This document shows, in pieces, positions 12,744 to 48,983 of a DNA stretch of 64,000 nucleotides (its first letter is position 1; the number at the start of each line of letters is the position of its first letter). This DNA is from Hormiphora californensis (Eukaryota > Animalia > Ctenophora), in assembly GCA_020137815.1 (NCBI GenBank), contig CM035353.1, forward strand, positions 744,001-808,000, given 5' to 3'. The translations under genes were made by a program, and so were the position numbers. The notes beneath the pieces were generated by a model. That model was not told where the DNA came from and searched no databases. It saw only the letters and a list, made by a program, of their open reading frames with translations.

Positions 12744-15700
12744 ATGTTGCCAGGTCCAGCGAGGAGATTGGACTCTTTTGGAGGTGGTAATTTCTGGAAT
12801 AATCTTGGTAAACTAGGTCAGTACCAGTCAAATCGCAACAAATATATAGGCAAACTTATCGATATACCACCCCTTTTCAATTGAAATTAACCCCATCCCT
12901 CCTCAGCTATTGACAACGACGCTGTAATGGTAGGCTCTGGATTTCCCGATTTCCCTGCACCAGACTTCCTGCAGCAGGAAGTCGTCAAGGCTGTCGCTAA
13001 ACCCTCTGCTAATTGGTAAGTTTACCTTGTGTAGCTCACCCCGCTCTGTGATTCTTCTTCTTCCGAGTACAGCTGGGCTTGCCAACGAATAGCAGGATTG
13101 GTTGAAGAGTTTTTTTTCTCGCGACCTCTCCGCCACAGTATTCATCAACTCTGTGACGTGTCGGTAGATCAAACTTTACCCGACGATTTTCTAAAAATAA
13201 GTTGTAAGGGGCCTGTCAGACCTGATTTGATTCTCAGTGCCCCCAGATGGGGTCCAGTGTCCACGGCGCCAGGCAGTACTATCAGGGGGATCATATCTGG
13301 GGGTCTCGAGATGCCGGTTTGTATTGTTATTAACAATACAAACATTAACAATGTTATTGTTCTATCTGTATTGAATTCTACCGGCAGGTACACCAGAGAG
13401 CAGGGGCACCTTCGATTAGTACACGCCCTCTCCGCTGAATACTCGCCCCTCTTTCAAAGAACAATCGATGCCCTTACAGGTACACAAGAGGTAAAGGGCA
13501 CCCCCGCCTAGTACACGCCCTCTCCGCAGAATATTCGCCACTTTTTAACAGACCAATTGATGTCTTTACAGAGATCACGACGACAGCAGGAGCGTACGAA
13601 GCTCTGTATGGGACCATTGCCGCTTTCGTTGATGAAGGTGACGAGGTGATAGTGTTTGAACCTCACTTTGATGCCTATCTAGATGACACAGTGCTATCCG
13701 GGGGGAAGTTAACCAGAGTGCCCCTTGTCGCCCCTTCAGGTAAATTACAGCAACAATTTGAGTCGCCTGACACTGTATGAACAATTCAATAGCAACTATA
13801 TATATATACCGCGAGTGCACATATCACTCCCGCTCCGCGCGACCATTTGCACGGTGAAATATGCACTCTGCTTCCGCGGGAGCGTGCAGATATAGTAGTG
13901 GAAGCTCTTACGGTATTTCCCACGCCCCGTGGGAAAGTTTTTGACCGTGGGAAAGTTTTCAAACCGTGGGAAAAGAGAGATACATACAATAACATACAAA
14001 AAATAATTATTTTTTTAAAGTTATTGTATGTATCTCTCTTTTCCCACGGTTTGAAAACTTTCCCACGGTCAAAAACTTTCCCACGGGGCGTGGGAAATAC
14101 CGTAAGAGCTTCCACTATAGGGGTAGCGGGATATAAGTAAGAACAGTGTCCCCTCAGTGTTTTTACACCTTATTCACACACAAACACACAGAATATGACT
14201 GACACAGTGCCAAGCGACACAAAGTCTGTCAAATTACACTCACTCTCCCTCTTTCTCTCACTAATTATCCCCTTATCATGTTTTGTTGTTCACTATTTCC
14301 AAGAATTCCAATCTCCCTCTCTCATATCTCTCTCTTTATCCCTCTCTTCTTTTCACTGTTAAAACTGTCAAAACGTGGTCCCCTTGTGTGTAAAAGGTGT
14401 AGTAGTGTATTTTTGTGTAGTTTTGCTTAGTTTGTACCTTGTTTTGTCATATCTCTCTGTGTGTAATCACCCAAAATTATGATTGTTTTGCTTGTCATGT
14501 GCTTTCTCGCGGAATATATACTCAATAACGTCCTGCACGGCTTGTGCAAGCGGTCCTATATCGCACTCGTTTCACTCGTGCAATATAGGTGTGAAATGCA
14601 CTCCAGCTTCGCTGTCGTGCATTTCACCTCCATATACGCTCTGCAGTGCAGAGCGTATATGGCGCGCTTGCACTGCGTGCAGAACGTTATGTACTATATA
14701 TCGAACACTCTTCCGCTGTAGCGGAATTCTATCATTCCTCAATTCCTCTATTTCAGAAGGTAGGGTAGAAAGGGGTAAAATGGCACACGGGGTAAAATGG
14801 CACATGTATGGGGTAAAATGGTCCTAGTTATTACATCTAGTCACGTGACTTTTTCTCCAGCGGAGACCTGCTCGTTCTGTTCCGAATTTTTGCTTTAAAA
14901 CTGCTGTAATTTCTGTTTGAGTTGGCCGATTTTAATTTTGCAAAAACTGCCAGTTAGGGTTTTTATCCTTCTAAAACTTGGTATAAAAATTTTTCAAAAA
15001 ACCCACTATTAAGTTGATTAAATTGTCAAATTAGTCAAACTGGGGTAAAATGGTTCACCCTCGCTGGGGTAAAATGGTTCACCCTGGGACCAATGAAATC
15101 GAGCCTCCAATACCACGTGATACCAACTGGAGTAAAATGGTCCAGCACACTGGGGTAAAATGGTCCAGCAGAACAGAAATTACTGAAGATAACATGGACC
15201 ATTTTACCCCAGTGCTCTAACAACACCAGGCACGTGATAAAAATCGAGCAATGCTATTGGCTGGACCATTTTACCCCAGTGCAAAATTTCCAAAAAAAGC
15301 CCTACCAAACTTTTTGGATTGATTAATTAAGCTATTAAATAAAACTTTCAGATTTTAAAATTTAGCTCGTCTGAAAGGAAAACGTTTCATTGGATAGCCT
15401 TTATAATTTTTTTTCTTCTTGCTGTATAAATTGAGTATTTTAGAACCTAAAACGTTAGAAAGTGTGCCATTTTACCCCTTTCTACCCTAGTAGTGAGCCA
15501 ATATGGACAATTGACAGAGAGAAAATGGAAGAGGCGATATCAGACAAAACAAAATTGTTAATCCTTACCACACCCCATAATCCAACAGGTAGCATGATAT
15601 TCTAACTGCTAACCCTATTTGGAACTTCATCCAGAAAACGTGGGCGTGTCCAAAATTGCCGACCCCTTATTATGACCTGCAGCTACCTCCCTATCTTGAC

Positions 15701-16589
15701 CCCTATAATAACACCCCCACCCAGCTATATTAACCTGCAGCTACCCCCCCCCCCCCCCCCCCCCCCGTTCAGGGAAGGTGTTCAGCAGGGAAGAGTTGGA
15801 GTACATTGGAGGGCTGTGTAAGCAGTATGACGTCATAATTCTATCTGATGAAGTCTATGAGAGGAGTGTTTCAGAGGGGAGACAACACGTTAGAATTGGG
15901 GCACTACCTGGTATGTGATATGTAGTTGTTTGTTGGGTAGTATTATACCTGTCAGAGCAAAGACCTGCAACTCTATTCTCAGTGCGCGAGAAAAGTGGTC
16001 AGAGCATTGCCCAATTATTATTTTAACAAGCTCTACTCTGCAAGGTATGTGGGAGAGGACTATCACAGTCGGCAGCTTTGGGAAATCTTTTTCCGTGACT
16101 GGCTGGCGGATTGGGTGGGCCCTTGGACCCCCGCACCTCATTTCCCCAATAAACGAGGTTACAGTCCGAACTACGGGACACGCTCCTACCATCCTCCAAG
16201 AGGCTGCAGCAGGGGGACTAGAAAGGGAGACCCGGTTACGTGGCCTACCAGAAAGTTACACCACCTGGTTTTCAAGGACTATAGAAAGGAACTGTTCCAA
16301 ACTGTGTGCTGCTTTTAGTGACATTGGTTGTGTACCATTGAAGCCAGAGGGTGGGTTCTTCCTAGTTGTTGATACAGCACCCATGAATTGGAGTTTTGAG
16401 GGTGAATACGGGCTGGAGTGTGTAAAGTGGCTGACTGTAGAGTGTAAATTAGCTGTTTTACCACTCAGTGTATTTTATGGAACTGACAACAAGGCCTTGG
16501 CGGGAAAGTGTATTAGAGTTTGCTGTGCTAAATCGGACCATACTATTGAGAGGGCATGTACGATAATTCGTTCACTTATGAAAACTTGA
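12744..16589 (+). CDS. KYAT: Kynurenine--oxoglutarate aminotransferase / cysteine-conjugate beta-lyase-like (PLP class I); multi-exon, one exon interrupted by a MITE
   Basis: Exons give ARRLD..NFW, GSGFPDFP, TAGAYEALY...VDEGDEVIVFEP, TPHNPTGKVFSREEL, SDEVY and SFGKSFSVTGWRIGW (PLP lysine). Stop TGA ends at 16589. Confidence 0.9.
13896..14118. mobile_element. Palindromic MITE (~220 bp) with near-perfect ~97-bp arms
   Basis: TAGTGGAAGCTCTTACGG...CCGTAAGAGCTTCCACTA, with an AT-rich loop. Confidence 0.85.
14763..15487. mobile_element. TIR MITE (725 bp, TA TSD) inserted inside a KYAT exon
   Basis: GGGTAGAAAGGGGTAAAATGGCACAC / GTGTGCCATTTTACCCCTTTCTACCC; many internal GGGGTAAAATGG motifs; TA at 14761-62 and 15488-89. 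Confidence 0.9.
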
Positions 16590-16761
16590 CTGGTGCTTAA
16601 GTTTATATTTGTACTATTTGTGTGACCCTTTTAAAATATATTTCACTGCTGTACAATTCTAACTCATTAACCTTTTTAACCCCTGCGTTTCTTTTTATTA
16701 TATCGTGGGGGAGGGATCAAGGTTGATACAATGGCTACCTCTGCTTCAAGTTCGCAGATAT

Positions 16762-19700
16762 TCTCTAAGAAACTTTCCCATCTTTCTAAGAAACTTTCCC
16801 ACCTTTACCCTCCTAATCTCTAAGAAACTTTCACACCTTTACCCTCCTAATCTCTAAGAAACTTTCCAATCTTTACTCTCCTAATCTCTAAGAAACTTTC
16901 CCAGCTTTACCCTCCTAGTCTCTAAGAAACTTTATCACTTTGACCCACCGTATCTCTAAGAAACTTTCCCACGTTGACCCACCTAATCTCTAAGAAACTT
17001 TTCCACTTTGACCCACCTTATCTCTAAGAAACTTTCTCACTTTGACCCACCTAATCTCTAAGAAACTTTCTCACTTTGACCCACCTTATCTCTAAGAAAC
17101 TTTCCCACTTTGACCCACCTTATCTCTAAGAAACTTTTTCACTTTGACCCACCTTATCTCTAAGAAACTTTCCCACTTTGACCCACCTAATCTCTAAGAA
17201 AGTTTCTCACTTTGACCCACCTTATCTCTAAGAAACTTTCCCACTTTGACCCACCTTATCTCTAAGAAACTTTCTCACTTTGACCCACCGTATCTCTAAG
17301 AAACTTTCCCACGTTGACCCACCTAATCTCTAAGAAACTTTTCCACTTTGACCCACCTTATCTCTAAGAAACTTTCTCACTTTGACCCACCTAATCTCTA
17401 AGAAACTTTCTCACTTTGACCCACCTTATCTCTAAGAAACTTTCCCACTTTGACCCACCTTATCTCTAAGAAACTTTTTCACTTTGACCCACCTTATCTC
17501 TAAGAAACTTTCCCACTTTGACCCACCTAATCTCTAAGAAAGTTTCTCACTTTGACCCACCTTATCTCTAAGAAACTTTCCCACTTTGACCCACCTTATC
17601 TCTAAGAAACTTTCACACTTTGACCCACCTTATCTCCAAGAAACTTTCCCACGTTGACCCACCTAATCTCTAAGAAACTTTTCCACTTTGACCCACCTGA
17701 TCTCTAAGAAACATTCCGACGTTGACCCACCTAATCTCTAAGAAACTTTCTCACTTTGGCCTACCTTATCTCTAAGAAACTTTCTCACTTTGACCCACCT
17801 AATCTCTAAGAAACTTTCCCACTTTGACCCACCTTATATCTAAGAAACTTTCTCACTTTGACCCACCTTATCTCTAAGAAACTTTCCCACTTTGACCCAC
17901 CTTATCTCTAAGAAACTTTTTCACTTTTACCCATCTTATCTCTAAGAAACTTTCTCACTTCGACCCACCTTATCTCTAAGAAACTTTCCCACTTTGACCC
18001 ACCTTATCTCTAAGAAACTTTTTCACTTTTACGGTTTACCCACCTTATCTCTAAGAAACTTTCTCAATTTGACCCACCTTATCTCTAAGAAACTTTCCCA
18101 CTTTGACCCACCTTATCTCTAAGAAACTTTCCCACTTTGACCCACCTTATCTCTAAGAAACTTTCTCACTTTGACCCACCTTATCTCTAAGAAACTTTCC
18201 CACGTTGACCCACCTAATCTCTAAGAAACTTTTCCACTTTGACCCACCTTATCTCTAAGAAACTTTCTCACTTTGACCCACCTTATCTCTAAGAAACTTT
18301 CTCACTTTGACCCACCTTATCTCTAAGAAACTTTTCCACTTTGACCACCTTATCTCTAAGAAACTTTCCCACTTTGACCCACCTTATTTCTAAGAAACTT
18401 TCTCACTTTGACCCACCTTATCTCTAAGAAACTTTCTCACTTTGACCCACCTTATCTCTAAGAAACTTTCTCACTTTGACCCACCTTATCTCTAAGAAAC
18501 TTTCTCACTTTGACTCACCTTATCTTTAAGAAACTTTCTCACTTTGACCCACCTTATCTCTAAGAAACTTTTCCACTTTGACCCACCTGATCTCTAAGAA
18601 ACGTTCTTACGTTGACCCACCTAATCTCTAACAATCTTTTTCACTTTGACCCACCTTATCTCTAAGAAACTTTCTCACTTTGACCCACCTTATCTCTAAG
18701 AAACTTTTTCACTTTGACCCACCTTATCTCTAAGAAACTTTCTCACTTTGACCCACCTTATCTCTAAGAAACTTTCTCACTTTGACCCACCTTATCTCTA
18801 AGAAACTTTCTCACTTTGACCCACCTTATCCCTAAAAAACTTTCTCACTTTGACCCACCTTATCTCTAAGAAACTTTCTCACTTTGACCCACCTTATCTC
18901 TAAGAAACTTTCTCACTTTGACCCACCTTATCTCTAAGAAACTTTCTCACTTTGACTCACCTTATCTTTAAGAAACTTTCTCACTTTGACCCACCTTATC
19001 TCTAAGAAACTTTTCCACTTTGACCCACCTGATCTCTAAGAAACGTTCCCACGTTGACCCACCTAATCTCTAACAATCTTTTTCACTTTGACCCACCTTA
19101 TCTCTAAGAAACTTTCTCACTTTGACCCACCTAATCTCTAAGAAACTTTCTCACTTTGACCCACCTTATCTCTAAGAAACTTTCTCACTTTGACCCACCT
19201 TGTCCCTAAAAAACTTTCTCACTTTGACCCACCTTATCTCTAAGAAACTTTTCCACTTTGACCCACCTGATCTCTAAGAAACTTTCCCACGTTGACCCAC
19301 CTAATCTCTAAGAAACTTTTTCATTTTGACCCATCTTATCTCTAAGAAACTTTCTCACTTTGACCCACCTAATCTCTAAGAAACTTTCTCATTTTGACCC
19401 ACCTTATCTCTAAGAAACTTTCTCACTTTGACCCACCTTATCTTTAAGAAACTTTCTCACTTTGACCCACCTTATCTCTAATAAACTTTCCCACTTTGAC
19501 CCACCTAATCTCTAAGAAACTTTCTCACTTTGACCCATCTTATCTCTAAGAAACTTTCTCACTTTGACCCACCTAATCTCTAAGAAACTTATCCACTTTG
19601 ACCCACCTGATCTCTAAGAAACTTTCCCACGTTGACCCACCTAATCTCTAACAAACTTTTTCACTTTGACCCACCTTATCTCTAAGAAACTTTCTCACTT

Positions 19701-22700
19701 TGACCCACCTAATCTCTAAGAAACGTTCTCACTTTGACCCACCTTATCTCTAAGAAACTTTTCCACTTTGACCCACCTTATCTCTAAGAAACTTTCCCAC
19801 TTTGACCGACCTTATCTCTAAGAAACTTTCTCACATTGACCCACCTTATATCTAAGAAACTTTCCCACTTTGACCCACCTAATCTCTAAGAAACTTTCTC
19901 ACATTGACCCACCTTATATCTAAGAAACTTTTTCACTTTGACCCACCTAATCTCTGAGAAACTTTCGCACTTTGACCCACCTTATCTCTAAGAAACTTTC
20001 TCACTTTGACCCACCTTATCTCTAAGAAACTTTCTCACTTTGACCCACCTTATCTCTAAGAAACTTTCTCACTTTGACCCACCTTATCTTTAAGAAACTT
20101 TCTCACTTTGACCCACCTAATCTCTAAGAAACTTTCTCACTTTGACCCACCTTATCTCTAAGAAACTTTCTCACTTTGACATGACCCACCTTATCTCTAG
20201 GAAACTTTCTCACTTTGACCCACCTTATCTCTAAGAAACTTTCTCACTTTGACCCACCTTATCTCTAAGAAACTTTCCCACTTTGACCCACCTTATCTCT
20301 AAATAACTTTTCCACTTTGACCCACCTGATCTCTAAGAAACTTTCCCACGTTGACCCACCTAATCTCTAAGAAACTTTTTCACGTTGACCCACCTAATCT
20401 CTAAGAAACTTTTTCACTTTGACCCACCTATAGTCGAATTTTTTATTTAAGCGACAGGCCGCCGCGCACTCAATTAGTTAATTGGTCATATCTCCGGTTC
20501 CTGATAAGATAAAGACTTGATCCTGGTTGCGTTGGAAAGATAAAAATTTTATCTTTCCAATGGCACCAAGAAAAATTCGCTAGCTTATCAGGAACCGGAA
20601 ATCGATTTCAAGCGCTGCATTTTGATACGCGGCGGCCTGTCGCTTCAATAAAAATTAGACTTTAATCTCTAAGAAACTTTCTCACTTTACCCACCTTATC
20701 TCTAAGAAACTTTCTCACTTTGACATGACCCACCTTATCTCTAGGAAACTTTCTCACTTTGACCCACCTTATCTCTAAGAAACTTTCTCACTTTGACCCA
20801 CCTTATCTCTAAGAAACTTTCCCACTTTGACCCACCTTATCTCTAAATAACTTTTCCACTTTGACCCACCTGATCTCTAAGAAACTTTCCCACGTTGACC
20901 CACCTAATCTCTAAGAAACTTTTTCACGTTGACCCACCTAATCTCTAAGAAACTTTTTCACTTTGACCCACCTTATCTCTAAGAAACTTTCCCACTTTGA
21001 CCCACCTTATCTCTAAGAAACTTTCCCACTTTGACCACCTTATCTCTAAGAAACTTTCCCACTTTGACCGACCTTATCTCTAAGAAACTTTCTCACTTTG
21101 ACCCACCTAATCTCTAAGAAACTTTCTCACTTTGACCCACCTTATCTCTAAGAAACTTTCCCACTTTGACCCACCTTATCTCTAAGAAACTTTTCCACTT
21201 TGACCCACCTGATCTCTAAGAAACTTTCCCACGTTGACCCACCTAATCTCTAACAAACTTTTTCACTTTGACCCACCTTATCTCTAAGAAACTTTCTCAC
21301 TTTGACCCACCTAATCTCTAAGAAACTTTCTCACTTTGACCCACCTTATCTCTAAGAAACTTTCCCACTTTGACCCACCTTATCTCTAAGAAACTTTCCC
21401 ACTTTGACCGACCTTATCTCTAAGAAACTTTCTCACTTTGACCCACCTTATCCCTAAAAAACTTTCTCACTTTGACCCACCTTATCTCTAAGAAACTTTT
21501 CCACTTTGACCCACCTGATCTCTAAGAAACTTTCCCACGTTGACCCACCTAATCTCTAAGAAACTTTTTCATTTTGACCCATCTTATCTCTAAGAAACTT
21601 TCTCACTTTGACCCACCTAATCTCTAAGAAACTTTCTCATTTTGACCCACCTTATATCTAAGAAACTTTCCCACTTTGACCCACCTAATCTCTAAGAAAC
21701 TTTCTCACATTGACCCACCTTATATCTAAGAAACTTTCCCACTTTGACCCACCTAATCTCTGAGAAACTTTCGCACTTTGACCCACCTTATCTCTAAGAA
21801 ACTTTCTCACTTTGACCCACCTTATCTCTAAGAAACTTTCTCACTTTGACCCACCTTATCTCTAAGAAACTTTCTTACTTTGACCCACCTCATCTCTAAG
21901 AAAGTTTCCCACTTTGACCCAGGCCCACCTAATCTCTAAGAAACTTTCTCACTTTGACCCACCTTATCTCTAAGAAACTTTCCCACTTTGACCCACCTAA
22001 TCTCTAAGAAACTTTCCCACTTTGGCCCACCTTATCTCTAAGAAACTTTCTCACTTTGACCCACCTTATCTCTAAGAAACTTTCCCACTTTGACCCACCT
22101 AATCTCTAAGAAACTTTCCCACTTTGGCCCACCTTATCTCTAAGAAACTTTCTCACTTTGACCCACCTTATCTCTAAGAAACTTTCCCACTTTGACCGAC
22201 CTTATCTCTAAGAAACTTTCTCACATTGACCCACCTTATATCTAAGAAACTTTCCCACTTTGACCCACCTAATCTCTAAGAAACTTTCTCACATTGACCC
22301 ACCTTATATCTAAGAAACTTTCCCACTTTGACCCACCTAATCTCTGAGAAACTTTCGCACTTTGACCCACCTTATCTCTAAGAAACTTTCTCACTTTGAC
22401 CCACCTTATCTCTAAGAAACTTTCTCACTTTGACCCACCTTATCTCTAAGAAACTTTCTTACTTTGACCCACCTCATCTCTAAGAAAGTTTCCCACTTTG
22501 ACCCAGGCCCACCTTATCTCTAAGAAACTTTCTCACTTTGACCCACCTTATCTCTAAAAAACTTTCCCACTTTGACCCACCTTATCTCTAAGAAACTTTC
22601 CCACTTTGACCCACCTTATCTCTAAGAAACTTTCCCACTTTGGCCCACCTTATCTCTAAGAAACTTTCTCACTTTGACCCACCTTATCTCTAAGAAACTT

Positions 22701-23412
22701 TCTCACTTTGACCCACCTTATCTCTAAGAAACTTTCTTACTTTGACCCACCTCATCTCTAAGAAAGTTTCCCACTTTGACCCAGGCCCACCTTATCTCTA
22801 AGAAACTTTCTCACTTTGACCCACCTTATCTCTAAAAAACTTTCCCACTTTGACCCACCTTATCTCTAAGAAACTTTCCCACTTTGACCCACCTTATCTC
22901 TAAGAAACTTTCCCACTTTGGCCCACCTTATCTCTAAGAAACTTTCTCACTTTGACCCACCTTATCTTTAAGAAACTTTCTCACTCTGACCCACCTAATC
23001 TCTAAGAAACTTTGACCCACCTTATCTCTAAGAAACTTTCCCACTTTGACCCACCTTATCTCTATGAAACTTTCCCACTTTGACCCACCTAATCTCTAAG
23101 AAAGTTTCTCACTTTGACCCACCTTATTTCTAAGAAACTTTCCCACGTTGACCCACCTAATCTCTAAGAAACTTTTCCACTTTGACCCACCTTATCTCTA
23201 AGAAACTTTCTCACTTTGACCCACCTAATCTTTAAGAAACTTTCTCACTCTGACCCACCTAATCTCTAAGAAACTTACCCACTTTGACCCACCTAATCTC
23301 TAAGAAACTTTCCCACTTTGATCCACCTTATCTCTAAGAAACCTTCTCCCTTTGACCCACCTTATCTCTAAGAAAATTTCCTACTTTGACCCACCTTATC
23401 TCTAAGAAACTT
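16762..23412. repeat. 34-bp satellite (TCTCTAAGAAACTTTCTCACTTTGACCCACCTTA), roughly 190 copies
   Basis: Direct tandem periodicity. Shared rare variants indicate higher-order block duplications. Confidence 0.97.
20431..20662. mobile_element. Palindromic MITE (232 bp, TA TSD) inserted in the satellite
   Basis: TAGTCGAATTTTTTATTTAAGCGACAGGCCGCCGCG ... CGCGGCGGCCTGTCGCTTCAATAAAAATTAGACT. The satellite unit CCACC-TA-ATCTC is split with TA duplicated. Confidence 0.88.
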
Positions 23413-23414
23413 TG

Positions 23415-24373
23415 ACTGTCTGGCACTGTAATGCGGCGCCATACCCCATTTGATTTTCAAATCGACAGTGCGCTCAGACAGGTCTGACACCGCCGATCCA
23501 TCTGAACCTGTCTGGCGCCGCCGACCCATCTGAACCTGTCTGACATCGCCGATCCAACTGAACCTGTCTGGCGCCGCCGACCCATCTGAACCTGTCTGCC
23601 ACCGCCAACCCATATGAACCTGTCTGGTGCCGCCGACCCATCTGAACCTGTCGGGCACCGCCGATCCATTTTAACCTGTCTGGCGCCGCCGACCCATCTG
23701 AACCTGTCTGGCACCGCCAACCCATTTTAACCTGTCTGGCGCCGCCGACCCATCTGAACCTGTCTGGCACCGACGACCCATCTGAACCTGTCTGGCACCG
23801 CCGACCCATCTGAACCTGTTTGGCACCGCCGACCCATATGAACCTGTCTAGCACCGCCGACCCATCTGAACCTGTCTGGCGCCACTGACCCATCTGAATC
23901 TGTCTGGCGCCGCCGACCCATCTGAACCTGTCGGGCACCGCCGATCCATTTTAACCTGTCTGGCGCCGCCGACCCATCTGAACCTGTCTGGCACCGCCAA
24001 CCCATTTTAACCTGTCTGGCGCCGCCGACCCATCTGAACCTGTCTGGCACCGCCGACCCATCTGAACCTGTCTGGCACCGCCGACCCATCTGAACCTGTC
24101 TGGCGCCACTGACCCATCTGAACCTGTCTGGCGCCGCCGACCCATCTGAACCTGTCGGGCACCGCCGATCCATTTTAACCTGTCTGGCGCCGCCGACCCA
24201 TCTGAACCTGTCTGGCACCGCCAACCCATTTTAACCTGTCTGGCGCCGCCGACCCATCTGAACCTGTCTGGCACCGCCGACCCATCTGAACCTGTCTTGC
24301 ACCGCCGACCCATTCATGAGGGCATTGTCGGCTGAGAATCAGTCGGGGTCGAGTCTGGCACTGCCAGACAGTA
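23415..24373. mobile_element. TIR-bounded element carrying a 28-bp tandem array (CTGTCTGGCGCCGCCGACCCATCTGAAC)
   Basis: ACTGTCTGGCA ... TGCCAGACAGT termini. Array at ~23476-24313; its unit begins with the TIR motif. Confidence 0.7.
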
Positions 24374-24857
24374 TTAACCTTGGTTTATCTGCCAAGTATC
24401 TGGCGGCGCCGACCCGATTTGAGGGCACGGGTTTATTTACACACCGTGTAATGTGATTCTATCAAAGTCAAACAGCTTTAGATCATGGGTTGCATTAAGT
24501 AGATTGAATAATGAACATTTAACTGTGATATATCAACATGTGTCTATAGAAAAGTCTCACTCTGTCAGGCCTAATGAGAATAGGGTCAGGCCAATGCTCT
24601 GACAGGTCTCACTTCTAGTAACGATATTAACAGAACGTGCCCAAAACCGGAAAAACCCGGGTACTTTTAAGTTGTTCCCTAAACTACAACATATCAATAA
24701 ACAATTGGAACACTCTCCCAGTACTCTCTTAAGATATAGTTCTTGTTTCAACACTAAACATGTTCTAATTAACACCACTAGGTCAGGATGGTGCTCTCAT
24801 GCTCCTACACCTTCACACCACTAGGTCAGCTGCTGGTGGTCTGACAGCTTCACACCA

Positions 24858-48403
<23,546 letters not shown>

Positions 48404-48496
48404 TTCGAGATTGCTATATTATGTGGAGTGTTGTTGTTGTAAGTTTAAATGTGGACCACAGAACTGCACCTGAACTGAGAGGGAGAAGGTCGCTCA

Positions 48497-48534
<38 letters not shown>

Positions 48535-48764
48535 TGTGACTCACGCTGACAACTTGTTAGGGACGCTGACGAAGGGAACTTGTTTAGACAGATTTGGGTT
48601 GTTGGAGTAAGGGTTTTGGTAAAGTACGATAGATCCAGTGTCCACAAATTAAATCAAGGAAATCTTATTTAGAAATTTTGGAAATAAAATTGCACAAAAA
48701 GTATTTAAATACTTCGTATAGTTCATATCTCTCATATTATTTCTCCCCAGTCTCAGTTTAATAT

Positions 48765-48848
<84 letters not shown>

Positions 48849-48983
48849 GTTTCTCTATCTCCAGAGGGCGTATTTACAAAGGAAACACTCAGCTTTGAAA
48901 CCACAAACTCTCATCATCTCAACATGACACATAGTCCCTATCTCTCCCCGGTACTGACTCAACTCAATTCCAATTCATCGTGA

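Noticed and set aside
16762-23412. CRISPR-like regular ~34-bp periodicity
   Set aside because: Units are contiguous with no unique spacers, there are no cas genes, and the context is eukaryotic. It is a satellite.
23368-24313. Repetitive ORFs (PDRFRWVGGARQ...)
   Set aside because: The 28-bp unit is not a multiple of 3 and cycles through all frames; non-coding repeat.
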